From Tubulanus polymorphus (lineage: Eukaryota > Animalia > Nemertea), in assembly GCF_964204645.1 (NCBI RefSeq), contig NC_134032.1, positions 12,388,275 through 12,452,274 on the forward strand: 64,000 nucleotides of DNA, read 5' to 3'. Position numbers and translations under genes: made by a program. How positions within the stretch are numbered: position 1 is the stretch's first letter; every line of letters starts with the position of its first letter. Under the pieces are notes generated by a model. The model was given only the letters and a program-made list of their open reading frames with translations, had not been told where the DNA came from and searched no databases. Shown here piece by piece: positions 51,301 through 64,000 of the stretch.

Positions 51301-52250
51301 AATTGATTAGGTCTGGGAACCAACACCGACATATTCGTGGCAGCACCATACGGTACGCTAGCGTGATTTCTGCGAACTAACGATACCACACCATACACAA
51401 TTGATTAGTTCTGGGAACCAACACCGACATATTGGTGGCAGCACCATACGGTATCCTATTGTAATTTCTGCGAACTAATGATACCACACCATACACAATT
51501 GATTAGTTCTGGGAACCAACACCGACATATTGGTGGCAGCACCATACGGTACCCTAGCGTGATTTCTGCGAACTAATGATACCACACCATACCCAATTGA
51601 TTAGTTTTGGGAACCAACACCGACATATTAGTGGCAGCACCATACGGTACCCTAGCGTGATTTCTGCGAACTAATGATACCACACCATACCCAATTGATA
51701 AGTTCTGGGAACCAACACCGAAATATAAGTGGCAGCACCATACGGTACCCTAGCGTCAGTTCTGCGAACTAATGATACCACACCATACCCAATTGATTAG
51801 TTCTGGGAACCAACACCGACATATTGGTGGCAGCACCATACGGTACCCTAGCGTGATTTCTGCGAACTAATGATACCATACCATACACAATTGATTAGTT
51901 CTGGGAACCAACACCGACATATTGGTGGCAGCACCATACGGTACCCTAGCGTGATTTCTGCGAACTAATGATACCACACCATACACAATTGATTAGTTCT
52001 GGGAACCAACACCGAAATATAAGTGGCAGCACCATACGGTACCCTAGCGTCAGTTCTGCGAACTAATGATACCACACCATACCCAATTGATTAGTTCTGG
52101 GAACCAACACCGACATATTGGTGGCAGCACCATACGGTACCCTAGCGTGATTTCTGCGAACTAATGATACCATACCATACACAATTGATTAGTTCTGGGA
52201 ACCAATACGGTACCCTAGCGTGATTTCTTAGAACTGATGATACCACACCC
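45391..52250. repeat. Tandem satellite array, 98-bp unit, ~70 copies
   Basis: Unit ctagcgtgatttctgcgaactaatgataccacaccatacccaattgattagttctgggaaccaacaccgacatattggtggcagcaccatacggtacc recurs every 98 nt (e.g. 45478, 45576) with degenerate ends. Confidence 0.99.
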
Positions 52251-52892
52251 TAGTTCTGTGAACCTAGTTCTTAGTTCTGGGAATCTTCATCTATCAGTGA
52301 CTTACAATCTTATTGCTTAATGTTGACTCAATATTTGCATCCCGGTTGCAAATAGAGTGATATCCTGACGACTCGGATAAGTAAAGAAAGTATCTTTTGT
52401 AGTAGTTTTCCTGTAGAATTTTTATTTCATGTTAATTGTTATTCTTTTCAAATCTTGTATTGAAATTCATTTTCTTTCAAAGTCAATGTCTTACAATTGA
52501 TTTTTCTTTTTGAAGTTGTTAGAAATGGTATGAAATATCTTTTGGAAATAAGTGAATATTGACGTAAAGTAGAAAAATAAAAAATTCATCCACCCGCATA
52601 GAAATTAAACCTTGTGAAAAGTTTTTATATCCTGTTTTTTTTTTCTTAAAAGACTAGATTAGAAATAAAATCCTGCCCTCGTCTTATATCATGTTGCTGT
52701 GATGATAAACAAGGCATCTTTTTATTTTGCTCGACGGGATATTGACTGATTTTGATAGAAGTGAAAATATACAGTGTTTCAAATAAATCTGTGAATTAAA
52801 ATGCTGTTCTAATTACTCGTAAACTAGCTGATAAGGTTATTAATACTGTACGGGATATGAATGGAAATTTCTATGAATTCTTAACAATGGAT

Positions 52893-53382
52893 CTATTGTG
52901 ATTTTAGTTCAGTGAAATTCCACCAGAGGGGGTAAAGCGTCGAAATACCCTTTAGACCCTAGAAAAAATTACAAAAACCTCCCGAAATGAAAATATGCAG
53001 TGTTTCAAATACATTGATGAATTCAAAACATATTCAAATTAGTCGTAAATTGATTAATTCGGCAACGTAATTATTTGTCTAACGTATTTGAACTTATTTT
53101 AGAAACGACTGATTTATTATCTGATACCAGTTTGCCGAATTTCTGGTGTGGAATTTCTGTGATACAGTCGTTTCTGATTAAGTTCAATAACGTTAGACAA
53201 ATAATTACGTTGCCTTATTAACTAATTTACAAGTAATTTGAATATATTTTGAATACGTAGATGAATTAAGAGCATTGTTTATTGCGTTTTCGGGAGGTTT
53301 TTGTGATACTGTTTGGGGTCTAAAGCATATATCGTTGATGTACGCCCTCTATTGGATTTTCACTGAACTAAAATCACAATAG
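52893..53382. mobile_element. ~490-bp palindromic element (MITE/foldback)
   Basis: ctattgtgattttagttcagtgaaa...tttcactgaactaaaatcacaatag; inner arms ggcaacgtaattatttgtctaacgt / acgttagacaaataattacgttgcc. Confidence 0.8.
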
Positions 53383-55259
53383 GTGCTTTGTGTAGATTTG
53401 GTATTCATTTTCGTATGGAAAATGCAGGTAGAAAATGATAAGAAATAATTCATACCACGTCTGACTCGCAATCAGTATCACTGGGCCGAACACACCTGTT
53501 CATTCATGTACAGTCGTGACTTCGGTCCAAAATTGGTCTTAAATCTTTAGACTGGTCTTAAGTTGTTAGATTGGCTATAGAACTAAGTAGGTCTTAGACT
53601 GGTCTTAAGCCGACACCATGACGAACCCTATGCAACCGACCTCTGGACAACTCTAAATTTGTTTCTAAAGGCCGATTAAAATTGGAGACATTCCTGGTTA
53701 TCATTTACAGTATCAGGACACCTGCCACCTACCTCTTTATCAATATAAATGATCAACAAATAAAAGACTATTCGTTATAAAAGATTCTTTCTCTCATTCG
53801 GCGAATGTTGGATTAGCGATGATTATATGATTGTGTTCTCCAGTGTTGATTAAATCATGTCTTCGGAGGTGAATTAAAAATGAAAAACAGCACACAGTGC
53901 GAAAACAATAAAATGGAAGTGGATTAAAACAACTTTAGAGCGATCATTACCAAACCCGGGACCCCTTCGGATGTGCCGGGCAGGATTCAAACCCGGGCCC
54001 CTCGGATGTGACCGCGTACGACTGAGTTCTATGAAATATGCTTTGAAATCCGCTTTAAAAGCGCCGGTTAAATTTTGTCTTTCGAATGAAGTGGGGTTTT
54101 TTATTGTGATTTTTTCATAGAAGTGTAAACTGAATTTTTCCAATCAAAAAACTATATTACATCGCATGCCACAGTAAGAATATAGCTCCTGTGAAATTTA
54201 AACTGTCAAGTGCTGCCCCTATGCATATCGTCGACGGCGAATGTGTGAACTAACTTATTGTTCGCATGCCACAGTAGAAATTTCGTGCAGTCGAGTTAGT
54301 TCCCATGTGTACCGCTATCGTTGTATATAGGGGCAGCACCACACGGTTATGTGGAAAACTCGAATGATTAAAAAATTTCATTTTTAAATTTTTTCCTGTT
54401 CCCTTTCATTTTAAAATGCCTATTATAGCAACTGATTTTCTTTCCTGTAACCTCCCGCTTTTTTCTTGAAAAAAATCCGTACTCTAAGTAATTAAAAAAG
54501 GCCTAAGTCTTGCAGTGTGGTAAAACGGGGCTAAGACTGGTCCCCTCTCCTCGGCATCAAGAGTTAAACCTTGTAGTAGTCAATCAACAAATTAACAAAT
54601 TTCTATAACGTACCATAAAGCTGTGTATTTAATACAATCTATTTACATAGAATAATTTATTAAACAATATTGTTAGTTTCTATTTGGTGACAGGTGAATT
54701 CAATTGAAGGCCAGAAAAACAACATCTTAGTTCACAAAACATACTCTCTGACAACCTCCCACAACATTAAACTGTGAAGAATATACACGAGGTGTCCATC
54801 ATCCATCAATAATACATTGAGGGCTAGCGTCCAGCTAGGGTTAGCTGGCTAGTCTTTATACCAGAAGTTGTTACGGTAGAAGGAACAACAGCCACCGGTA
54901 CTAGATACTAGACTAGGGTTAGCGGCAGTCGTGCTTTAGTTTAGGGCGAGCCCATTTTAGTGCCATGAATGTAACAACATAAAACCCGTCTTAAGGAATT
55001 ATCCTCTTTGACTTAGGTAACGGCCTAACAGCTGGGGCTGATTGTATAGAACAGTTTCAACCTGTGATAGGCCGTTTCACATAGGGTTTACATCAAATAT
55101 CAAATTAATTCAATTTCTTCATTTATCCTTTTTTATCTTTGAAAGTGATTTAGGGTTGAAACTGTACAATAATGAAATAACTACACCAATAAAAAACAAA
55201 AAAACAATCATCAAACAACCGAGATTTAAATCCGAAATCACGCATCGATATTTCATTCG

Positions 55260-58200
55260 TCATTGTTGCCGCTGATTTGCATTGTTATTGTTGATGTTGG
55301 CCTCCACGACGACGCTGTTGGCGAGTATATCGTAAACGGCGCGGCCGTGTTGAAAAGCGATCGCCGTCAAACACAACGGAAATAAAAACGCCAACGAAAA
55401 GTTTTTGATCACCGACCGCACGAGAGCGCTGAAAGATTTAAGAGCATATCGTAAATTAGGAGTCATTCTACTGGAAAATTGACCCACTAGAGAAATGACC
55501 CTGAAGGCAATGATTTTGGCACCCTTAAGCCGACAATATATATACAACAGAACTTGCTTAATTCAGGTTTTTCAATCGCAGATTTTTACTTAATTCGGAT
55601 GAAATATTTGGTTTATCTAACCTGGAACCGTTTAAACTATAATTCTGATTTTTTCAGAAGATCTGAACAGTCCCTAGTCATCTGAATTAGGTCAGTTCTA
55701 CTGCAATACCAAGTCAAGCAGCTATAGAGAAAAGGGTGGCTCCTAATGCAATGGTTTGTATATGCATTATTCACAGCCACCCACTTAAGATATGGATGCC
55801 CTGATCTGGATATTCTTGTCCAACGGCAAATGACCCACTAGAGATGAGGATCAATTCAAATGCCCTGATTCATGTTTTCTTGAGTAGCCTTTATATTACT
55901 GATCATGCATTGAATGTTTAAACTGATCATCACATATTTCAAGAAAATGAGCATGTTTCTCTACTTACTTCCAGAAGCCGATATTTTCAGCGGGAATCAC
56001 ACGAATCGTCGATTCACCGAGTTCCTGTACGTCGATACACGATACAACGCACAATCCCATCAGTCGCTTACCAGGGGTAGAACCACCAACCATGTTAACC
56101 CCGTGACGTAGACACATTGCCTGGAAACAAATCGATAAAATCTATAAAAAAACTTCCTTATCGGTTTCGGGTTCATAACTCTTCAATACTATTTTTAAAC
56201 ACTTTTTCTACGTATTTCCTAAGATGTTTCTTTTTTTCTCAAAGATAAGATATAATCTAATTATCGGCAGTAAATGCCATTGTATGCCCTGCATCTGATG
56301 GGCTTATTTCAAAAGATTTCAACTGAACAGCTATGAACCCTGGGTTTCTTATTGAACGTTATTTACAAAGAACAAGTAACTAATCGACTATAATTAAAAA
56401 TCTTTGATTAATCATGAGCAATTATTATGAACAAGGCAAGTTTATGGGGAACCTGCAACAGTACGGAGGCAATATAGGATTCCACTTGTGGCAAGTGAGG
56501 ATCCACTGGGTTCACAAGTATTTATTCAGTCCACGTTCTTCTTCATTTCAGATAAAATCAAATAAACTTTTCTCTAAAATCAATCAATTACTAAAGAAAA
56601 ATGATTTTAATGTACGTTCGGTGGGTCCATTGATAATCATATGGATTTAAGAGAGGAAGCAGATTCATAAATGAATTAATTTCGACTACGAAAGACGGAG
56701 TGCTCATCGCGCCATCTGGCGATAAAAGGTGGCGTTGCGGTTCCCCATTGAAAGTGTGACTATACTATAAGGTGAATGTACGAACTGTGCTGTGAGTGTG
56801 AAGGGGTAACTGCCGGTGAAGAGGTTACACAGAAAGAGATGATCACAATAACGTTTAAATTTTACTGCTAGGCAGAAAACATAAAGCGAATATTTCCGAA
56901 ATGCATCCTCTAAAACACTGAAGCCAAACCCCGAGCAGTCGGTAAACGGTGAGATTTTTCACAAATGAAGGAAAACATGAGATGACAGGAGAAGATACCA
57001 AATTTTGATTCGGATGGAAAATGCCGCATTACTTACTAAAGATAAAGATAGGTACACGTAGTGGGGGATTTGTTGAAGAAACAAAAAATAAAATGAAATA
57101 CTTTTCTTTTACCTCAAATATACTGATGAACACGCGGTTAACCGTTTCCATGACAACGACTTCGGTTGTCAAGGCGATCATTTGCTCGTAATCGATCTCG
57201 CCCGTTGCTAGGATACGATCCAAGTCAATGTTTAAAGGATGCAATTCGCTGTAACGAAATTTACAACAACACACGTAAAGCGGTGAGAAATTACAGATTA
57301 TCGCGATCAGCTGCGAGCGGATGTTGCGTGAGTTTTAGCAAGACTGTCGTCAGGGCGGCGGGTCGAGATCGGAGTGACCCTCCTTGTTTTTACAAAATTT
57401 AGTGCAACCAACTTATCATTATAATTTTATTTTCTTTGTGACAGAAGTGAAATAAAAGTTATACCATTTTAAGGCCTTTTCTCAATAATGGCTTGGAGTA
57501 CAGATCTGTCTGCCCAGACAAATATCATGAGATTTCGGAACATTTTTTTTTTCATTACCCGTCTCGATTTTTTAACTTGCAAAATCTTGTGATTTGCAAA
57601 AATGTTTTTTTCATTTCTCCCATCATCTGAATCAAATTCATAGCAATTTTCATTGCTCTTTTATTGCTTCCAAGCCCTTACGAGGATTTATGTGGAAAAT
57701 CATAGAAAATTCATTCCTGTTCCCTTCCATTTCGAAAGCCTATCTAATAACAAATTTTTTTCAACTTTAATTTTTCTACGCCCCTTCCATTTTTTTGTTC
57801 TTTATAAAATCTGTCCTCCAAGTAATTTTTAAAAAGGCCTAAAATTGCTTCAGATGCTCTAAAAATTCAAAATTTTGGTTATTGCTGATTTCGACATCTT
57901 GTGAAAATTCCTGACGACATCCATGATTAGATACAAGTAACACACGATGCAGCTGCAATATTCATGGTTAAATTGTAACTACCATTGTAGCTACAATGTA
58001 CTGTATGCTGATGCAGCTGCGATGCAATGTATACTGATGCATTCCCACAGTAGTATACTAGGGGCGGATCTCCGGGGTATGAACCTGTGCCTTCCCAATG
58101 AAGTTGCCCTTTTCGTCAAGACAAAAATCGCTAAAACCTGCAAATTTGACACTCATCGTTTCAGAAATTGTATATTTTCCGATGTATCTTGTAGAAAATA

Positions 58201-60448
58201 TCTAATACCTGTTAGCACAACATACCTGCCTTATCTGAAAAATGCCTTTTATTCTCTTTTAGACCCCAGCCTCCCAGGTTTCCTAGATCTGCCCCTGTAT
58301 ACACAAAAACTGTGATATCTGCATACAGCGCATATACGGCAGGGTCCGATCTAAGCACTTGTCCGATTGTCAGGATAAGTATATTCTCATCAGGGTAAAT
58401 AGGTTATCATTATCACTTGTTCGCAGGGCTAGTGCAATTTTATTTCACAAAGCTTCTTTCCCACTCGATACAACGGATGATAGTGCCACCTATCGGACTT
58501 CCCGTGTAGGGCAAGTATTTTTTGGAGGACACAAGCAAAATTTCAGATATGCTTGCCCCCCGGGCAAGTGGCTTTCATTCCTTAGATGGGACCCTGCACA
58601 CGGATACGTGGTAGCTGCAACACAGTGGATGCAGGTGCGATACAGAGCATATTGCAGCTGCGATACTGACCTCGAACAATACGACAATATTCCGATAGAG
58701 AAACACCCACGATAACATCAACGAAATATCGTCGATTTTAACGGGCGCTTGAGATTCCGCGAAAAACGGCAACGAATATCGCGGCACTTTGCTGAATGGA
58801 AAATGAGATATCAAAAACTATCGTCTAAAGATGGATTTTAACCTGCCAATCGAAATAAAAAATACCCGCCCACCTATAAGAAGAAAGCTAACACCATCCC
58901 TTGTGCCAATTACTTCAACCACAAATTATGAATTAAATTTTGCATTGACTTTTTCATTTTAATAAAAGTTAATTATTACTTACAGTTTTGCAATCATTTC
59001 ATCGAATGTTAAACCGCTGTAAAAATTGGAATTTCGAGTAATAAATTAAGATCTCTCATTGTCAGATAAATCTTCGCTCCCTCCCAATACTATCAATGAT
59101 TGGTAATGTTAAGTCATACAAAGGAAATATTGTCATTGGACTCCATTTAAAGGGCAAATGCCACCAGCCAATTACAAACTGTGGGCCTGGATCCAGAGTC
59201 AAATTACCCCGGTAAACCAATAGCACTGTAGAACTGGGATCCAAATTGAATTAAACCCATGAATTAGGCCTAAACAGGATCCAGAGTCAAATCAAACCCA
59301 CACAACTGTTGAACTGGGTTCTGAAACAAATTAATCCCACAAAACTGTGGATCTGGGGTCAGAATCAAATTAGTTTTGTGGAACTGGATCCAGCGATAAA
59401 TCTAAAGTATGGATCCAGTGTTAAAATCCTCACCTAATCTGGGTTATCTGAGATATAAAGAAGAGTATTCTACCTGATGCTGCCTGTAATGTCTACTAAG
59501 ACACATGTGACTCCAACTTTAATCAGCAACAACAAAATAAAATCAATGAATTCAGCTACAACGCGCTTCCAGATGGGAGGTATTCGATATACCGTACCAG
59601 CAGCAGCTGCAGCACCTGAAAGAAAGAACACAATAAATTCAGCTACGCCTTCGAAACCTGCTAGAATTTGGTTGTGGTTAGAGGATTCCACTTTTGCAAG
59701 TTGGATCCACCAAATGGGCTTGTGAGCAGTAGGACCTACTGTGACAATAGAGGGTCAACCAGTTGTGATAGTGTGCAGTAGGACATCAACTACTACGGCA
59801 ATAGAGGATTCCACCAGTGGCAAGTGAGGATCCACCAGCAGCGCTAGTGTGTAGTAGGATATCAACTAACTGTGGCAAGTGAGGATCTATATAAAACAGA
59901 TATTATTTACCTGCAGCTGGTTGCTGATTGGCTGCCACGTTATTGTTTGCGTTAAATACCGACGGCTGCTGTCCAGCTATACTACTACCGAATGAACCAC
60001 CGTTGCTAGGATATGGCGATTGTTGCTGCGCAGTTGGCGCAGACATCGACGCCATTAAACTCATAGTATAAAAAGGCACCATTGAATTTTGAAATGCATT
60101 CGCTTGATTACAATATTGTAAATACTGATTCTGCCATAACCAAGTCCGACACGAATTCGTATATTCTGAAATGTTTTTGTAATGATGACGTGTACACAGA
60201 AAACTCTGATTTTGTTTCCGTTGTCGGTGGGTGAGCTGTGGATTTTGTCGTCCCATTTCGGGCGCTTTTTCTCCGTTTTCTGTCGACGAATTCGGCCCCG
60301 AATCGAGTCTGTTCGAAGGACAGTGATCCTTGGGAGGATTTACGTTCGGTAAGGGTGTCCCTGCTTGCGCAGACGACTCGGAATCGACCGTTTTTAAATC
60401 GTTTTGACGCCCTTCTGGTTTGTCGTGATCGTCCGCCATTTTGACCAT
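55260..60448 (-). CDS. FAM8A1: FAM8A1 (RDD-domain ERAD membrane protein)
   Basis: Exons 60448-59911, 59615-59474, either 58791-58671 or 57248-57113, 56120-55969, 55428-55260. Motifs YRIPPIWKRVVAEFIDF, GGSTPGKRLMGLCVVSC, ALVRSVIKNFSLAFLFP, GRAVYDILANSVVVE. Confidence 0.93.
57113..57248 (-). CDS. FAM8A1: FAM8A1 alternative exon 3b
   Basis: ag|C GAA TTG...TTT GAG|gtaaa; phase 2 to 0; ELHPLNIDL...TTEVVVMETVNRVFISIFE. Confidence 0.8.
58671..58791 (-). CDS. FAM8A1: FAM8A1 alternative exon 3a
   Basis: ag|C AAA GTG...TTC GAG|gtcag; phase 2 to 0; KVPRYSLPFF...ISLMLSWVFLYRNIVVLFE. Confidence 0.7.
59170..59420. repeat. Cluster of short palindromic MITE-like repeats (ccagttccacag / ctgtggaactgg family)
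   Basis: Same family at ~565-660, 5004-5110, 7835-7937, 21153-21250 and 39349-39446. Confidence 0.6.
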
Positions 60449-61569
60449 TGGCAGTCACATGACACCAGCTTGAGACTAGTGACTAGATGGATGCCCGTAT
60501 AGCCAGGTTTTTCGATTTTCAACTAAAATTTACTTTATTGCTCAGTTGTTTGGTACAAAACATTTATTCGAAACGTTGTGGCTAATAAAAATTCAAAGTA
60601 AGAAGATTTCGGACTTTTTGTTTTGCTGTGTTGGTTTTATCGTCATCAAACAAAAACGTACAAAATATAAAATGATATCAATAGGTAACAAGACATTTTT
60701 GAATGTAGGCCGACCAAGACTTGGAACATCGGACTGAATTAATGATTATGATTAGATCATTATTGGGGGCTCTTAATGATGGAAGACCAAATTCATCTCT
60801 CGTCCAGTTTATTTCAAAAAATCACGTTCTGGGAGCCGTTTATTGACTTTCAAAAAGTGATTGTCAAGGTAGACTTCACACACCGTAGTTGTACCAATGA
60901 CCACCGACACGGTGAAACTACAACAAACAACCAACACTTACGACACTTCTCTTGCAAGTTACTTTTTATTCTCACAGAATAGAAAATTGACCACAAAAAA
61001 GAGACATTAATACCATTTGTAGGAGGAAGAATTCTTGTGAATACTAGAAATTTTTCAGACACATTTTACAAACTTCCTGAATATACAACATTTATAAAAG
61101 TGCAGATACATGCACTGCAGGTTTCGCATCGGTGCTTCTTAAAATATAACTTAATTTTATGGCACTCCCGTTTGGTTTTTTAACAGGGTTCTTACAGGTT
61201 TCGGAAAGTTTTGGAAATTGATATTTATTTTCCCGGCCCCGGGAAAGCTATGGAAATTTAGTTTTTTCCTCAATGACTATGGAAAAGGTATGGAATGGTA
61301 TCAAAATTAAAATATCCTTTTATTTTGAATTTTGCTATATATGCCAAATTGTCTTTACTTCACATTTGATAACAGACCTTATGAAAACACTTTGTCAAGG
61401 GTATTGATGATTGGCACTAATTTAATTCGAATGGGCCTACATTGCCTGTTCTAGGTTGGCAATGTGTTACTTAGAGGTATGGAAAATCTATAATCTGGGT
61501 ATGGAAACATTACAGAAAATGAAATTGGGAAGCCCATAAGAACCCTGTCTGATCAGTTCAGTTTCAAAA

Positions 61570-63628
61570 CTATTCCGATTTTTGCCGGCCTTTGAATTCG
61601 TCCATGCTGCGGTTGGCGCCCATCCAGTCGATCAATAAGGAACTGGCTTTCAGCGGCAGAAGCCTGAAATTGAATTCGTAACAAATTTCTGATGAAAAAT
61701 TTCGTAATTTATTTTTCTAGAATTTCATATGGAATCTTGATGAAAATCCTGTAACTTAGATCAAAATTTCATTACAAGGGGATTCAAATGGCAGACATAT
61801 TTTCTGGATAAATCTGAATTTAAGCAACAGGCAAATTCGATGATGTCACAAGGGGAAATACGTACGATTTTAAAGGATGCAGAATGTACATCGTTTTCGG
61901 AACGACTACGAATTTCTGTTCAGTTAAAACGGCTTCCATTATTTTCTCGACAACATAATCTGGTTCCAACAACGGGCACAACCACGCCTGTCTGAAATAC
62001 GAACGTACGATAAAAGTTTATTTCTATCCCACCAGATGGCATTTCAGCTTGTTTTCATTTCCATTGAACTGGATTTTTAGGTTAACAGGGATATTATCAA
62101 ACAACTAATGCATGAATCAATCTGTCCATCCCGTCCGACATACTGCAGTCCGGAACCACCCCTTCATCTACCTTAATATGATCAACATTAGTACCGGGTA
62201 GCAAAGTGTGCCGATAAAATGTCAAAGGTCTGAATTTTTTCAGTTCATTTTCAATCAAAAAATGTCTCAAGCGATGTCCTGTGAAGTGAAGATGATCATA
62301 AATTGTACGAGTATTGATAAAATATAAAATTTCTGAAGGGAACAAAGTTGCAGGCTGTAGATTGATTGAGTCAACTCTCGATTATCGGCCCTACTAAGGA
62401 ATTATGTATTATGCCGAAAATCGATGAAGGACTCAGCGTTTTCAATAAGAGCCAGGTCCCAGCACCGTCTGTCGTTTGTAAAGGACCCGCCTGTTTTTTC
62501 AAACCAGCTTTCGTTTCAGGGACTGTGACATATTATGGGACCCTCCTGTTTTTCAAAGGTACCTGGCTTGTTAATTTGTTATTGAAAACACTGTGGACTG
62601 TAGCTACTTTACTTCAACTGTGAACTTACTTCATAGTGACTCCGTCGAACATTCCTGTATTGATGAAAACCGGGCAGATGACCGTCGTTTTGACGCCCAG
62701 TTTACCCATATCACGCAGTTCCTCGCGCAACGCTTCGTCGAAACCGACGCACGCGAATTTACTCGCGCAATAATCAGTTAACATGTTCACGCCGACGAGT
62801 CCGGCGCTGCTAGCGATGTTGACGATGTGTCCCGAGTCCGCTTCGATCATCTTCGGCAAAAATGCTTTACACGTCTGGCAAGAAAGAATAAGATTCATTC
62901 ATTAAGTGAATCTGATTCATATGATATGCTATATGAGGATATATATATATATATATATCAAAATTATATATATATATGAGGATTCCGTCTGCTGAAAAGA
63001 ATCTGTCTGCTGAAAGGAATCCATCTGCTGTGAGAGGAATCAGATGCATCTACTGCGAGGAATCCATCTGCTGTGAGAGAATCAGACGCATCTACTGGGA
63101 GGAATCCATCTGCTGTGAGAGGAATCAGATGCATCTCCTGGGAGGAATCCATCTGCTGTGAGAGGAATCAGACGCATCTACTGCGAGGAATCCATCTGCT
63201 GTGAGAGAATCAGACGCATCTACTGCGAGGAATCCATCTGCTGTGAGAGAATCAGACGCATCTACTGGGAGGAATCCATCTGCTGTGAGAGGAATCAGAT
63301 GCATCTCCTGGGAGGAATCCATCTGCTGTGAGAGGAATCAGACGCATCTACTGCGAGGAATCCATCTGCTGAGATTAGAAGTTTGAAATGGATACTAAAG
63401 GGTTTCTCTTCTTGACTTACTATCACTCACGAGAATTATTGAAACTTTTCATCAGGTAGCTAGAACGTTCGATCAATTTTCAGAAAGGATATTTACCCAG
63501 AAATGTGCGAAAACGTTCACTTCGAATGTCTTGACGTTCATGTGATCGGGCGATTCGAGGAGTTTTTTACCAGTTACGATTCCCGCGTTGTTCACGAGAA
63601 TCTGAACGTGTCCGACTTCCTGTTTTAC
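61570..63628 (-). CDS. Short-chain dehydrogenase, SDR16C family (epidermal retinol dehydrogenase 2/RDH10-like), 5'-incomplete
   Basis: Exons 63628-63497, 62874-62630, 61991-61866, 61663-61570. Motifs [34 protein letters not shown], catalytic [22 protein letters not shown]. Confidence 0.93.
62978..63372. repeat. Intronic minisatellite, 43-44 bp unit, ~9 copies
   Basis: gaggaatccatctgctgtgagaggaatcagatgcatctactgc repeated. Confidence 0.95.
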
Positions 63629-64000
63629 CTGAAAGTTGAAAAATTTAGAAACATTTTGTGAAATTAATTTCATTGAATTCTTTCAAAAAGCTTTGGAAAT
63701 TAACATAAAAATTGTCAAATGTCTTTTAAAGTCCAATTCTTCGCTTTTCTTATATCGATTTTTGAAAACATATCATCTCAACTGAAAAGCTTTAATCTAT
63801 AGAAGCCTTTTCACTTTTAATCAGTGAATTCTTAAAATATCTAAACAGTAGTTTAAAAGTTCTTAATTCATTCATAATTCAATATAATAATCCTTCAACC
63901 ATTTTCTCTCATTTCTTTGAAGTATGGTAGGCCTAACTGATGAGTGAAGTTTTAAACCACTAGGGGGCGTCTTCTACCTTTTCTGCAGCCTCATAGACCG

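Noticed and set aside
45391-52250. CRISPR array or hammerhead-bearing satellite
   Set aside because: No unique spacers and no cas genes in a eukaryotic context; CTAATGA/GAAC do not form a hammerhead core with proper stems.
62964-63386. Repetitive short ORFs
   Set aside because: Products of the 43-44 bp intronic minisatellite.

Overview
Eukaryotic (invertebrate animal, probably lophotrochozoan; inference) gene-dense window with GT-AG introns and CpG-rich exons. Seven spliced genes can be reconstructed: Pumilio (+, 5'-incomplete, followed by a putative ~9 kb 3' UTR), SRP19 (-), eIF5A (+), an mTERF-family gene (-), RPN2/ribophorin II (+), FAM8A1 (-) and a 5'-incomplete SDR16C/RDH10-like dehydrogenase (-). 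A ~70-copy 98-bp satellite lies at 45.4-52.2 kb, and SINEs, MITEs and micro/minisatellites are scattered through the window. The signals the ORF track does not show are: (1) about 18 intronic snoRNA copies from at least 7 families, several packed into single introns and three families shared between Pumilio and RPN2; (2) a pair of tandem-duplicated, frame-incompatible (mutually exclusive) exons in FAM8A1; (3) a dense cluster of CTCF-type motifs plus Pumilio response elements in the Pumilio 3' region; (4) a minimal Penelope-type hammerhead ribozyme in the mTERF intron. rRNA target assignments and family names come from recalled conserved rRNA/snoRNA sequences and need checking by search.
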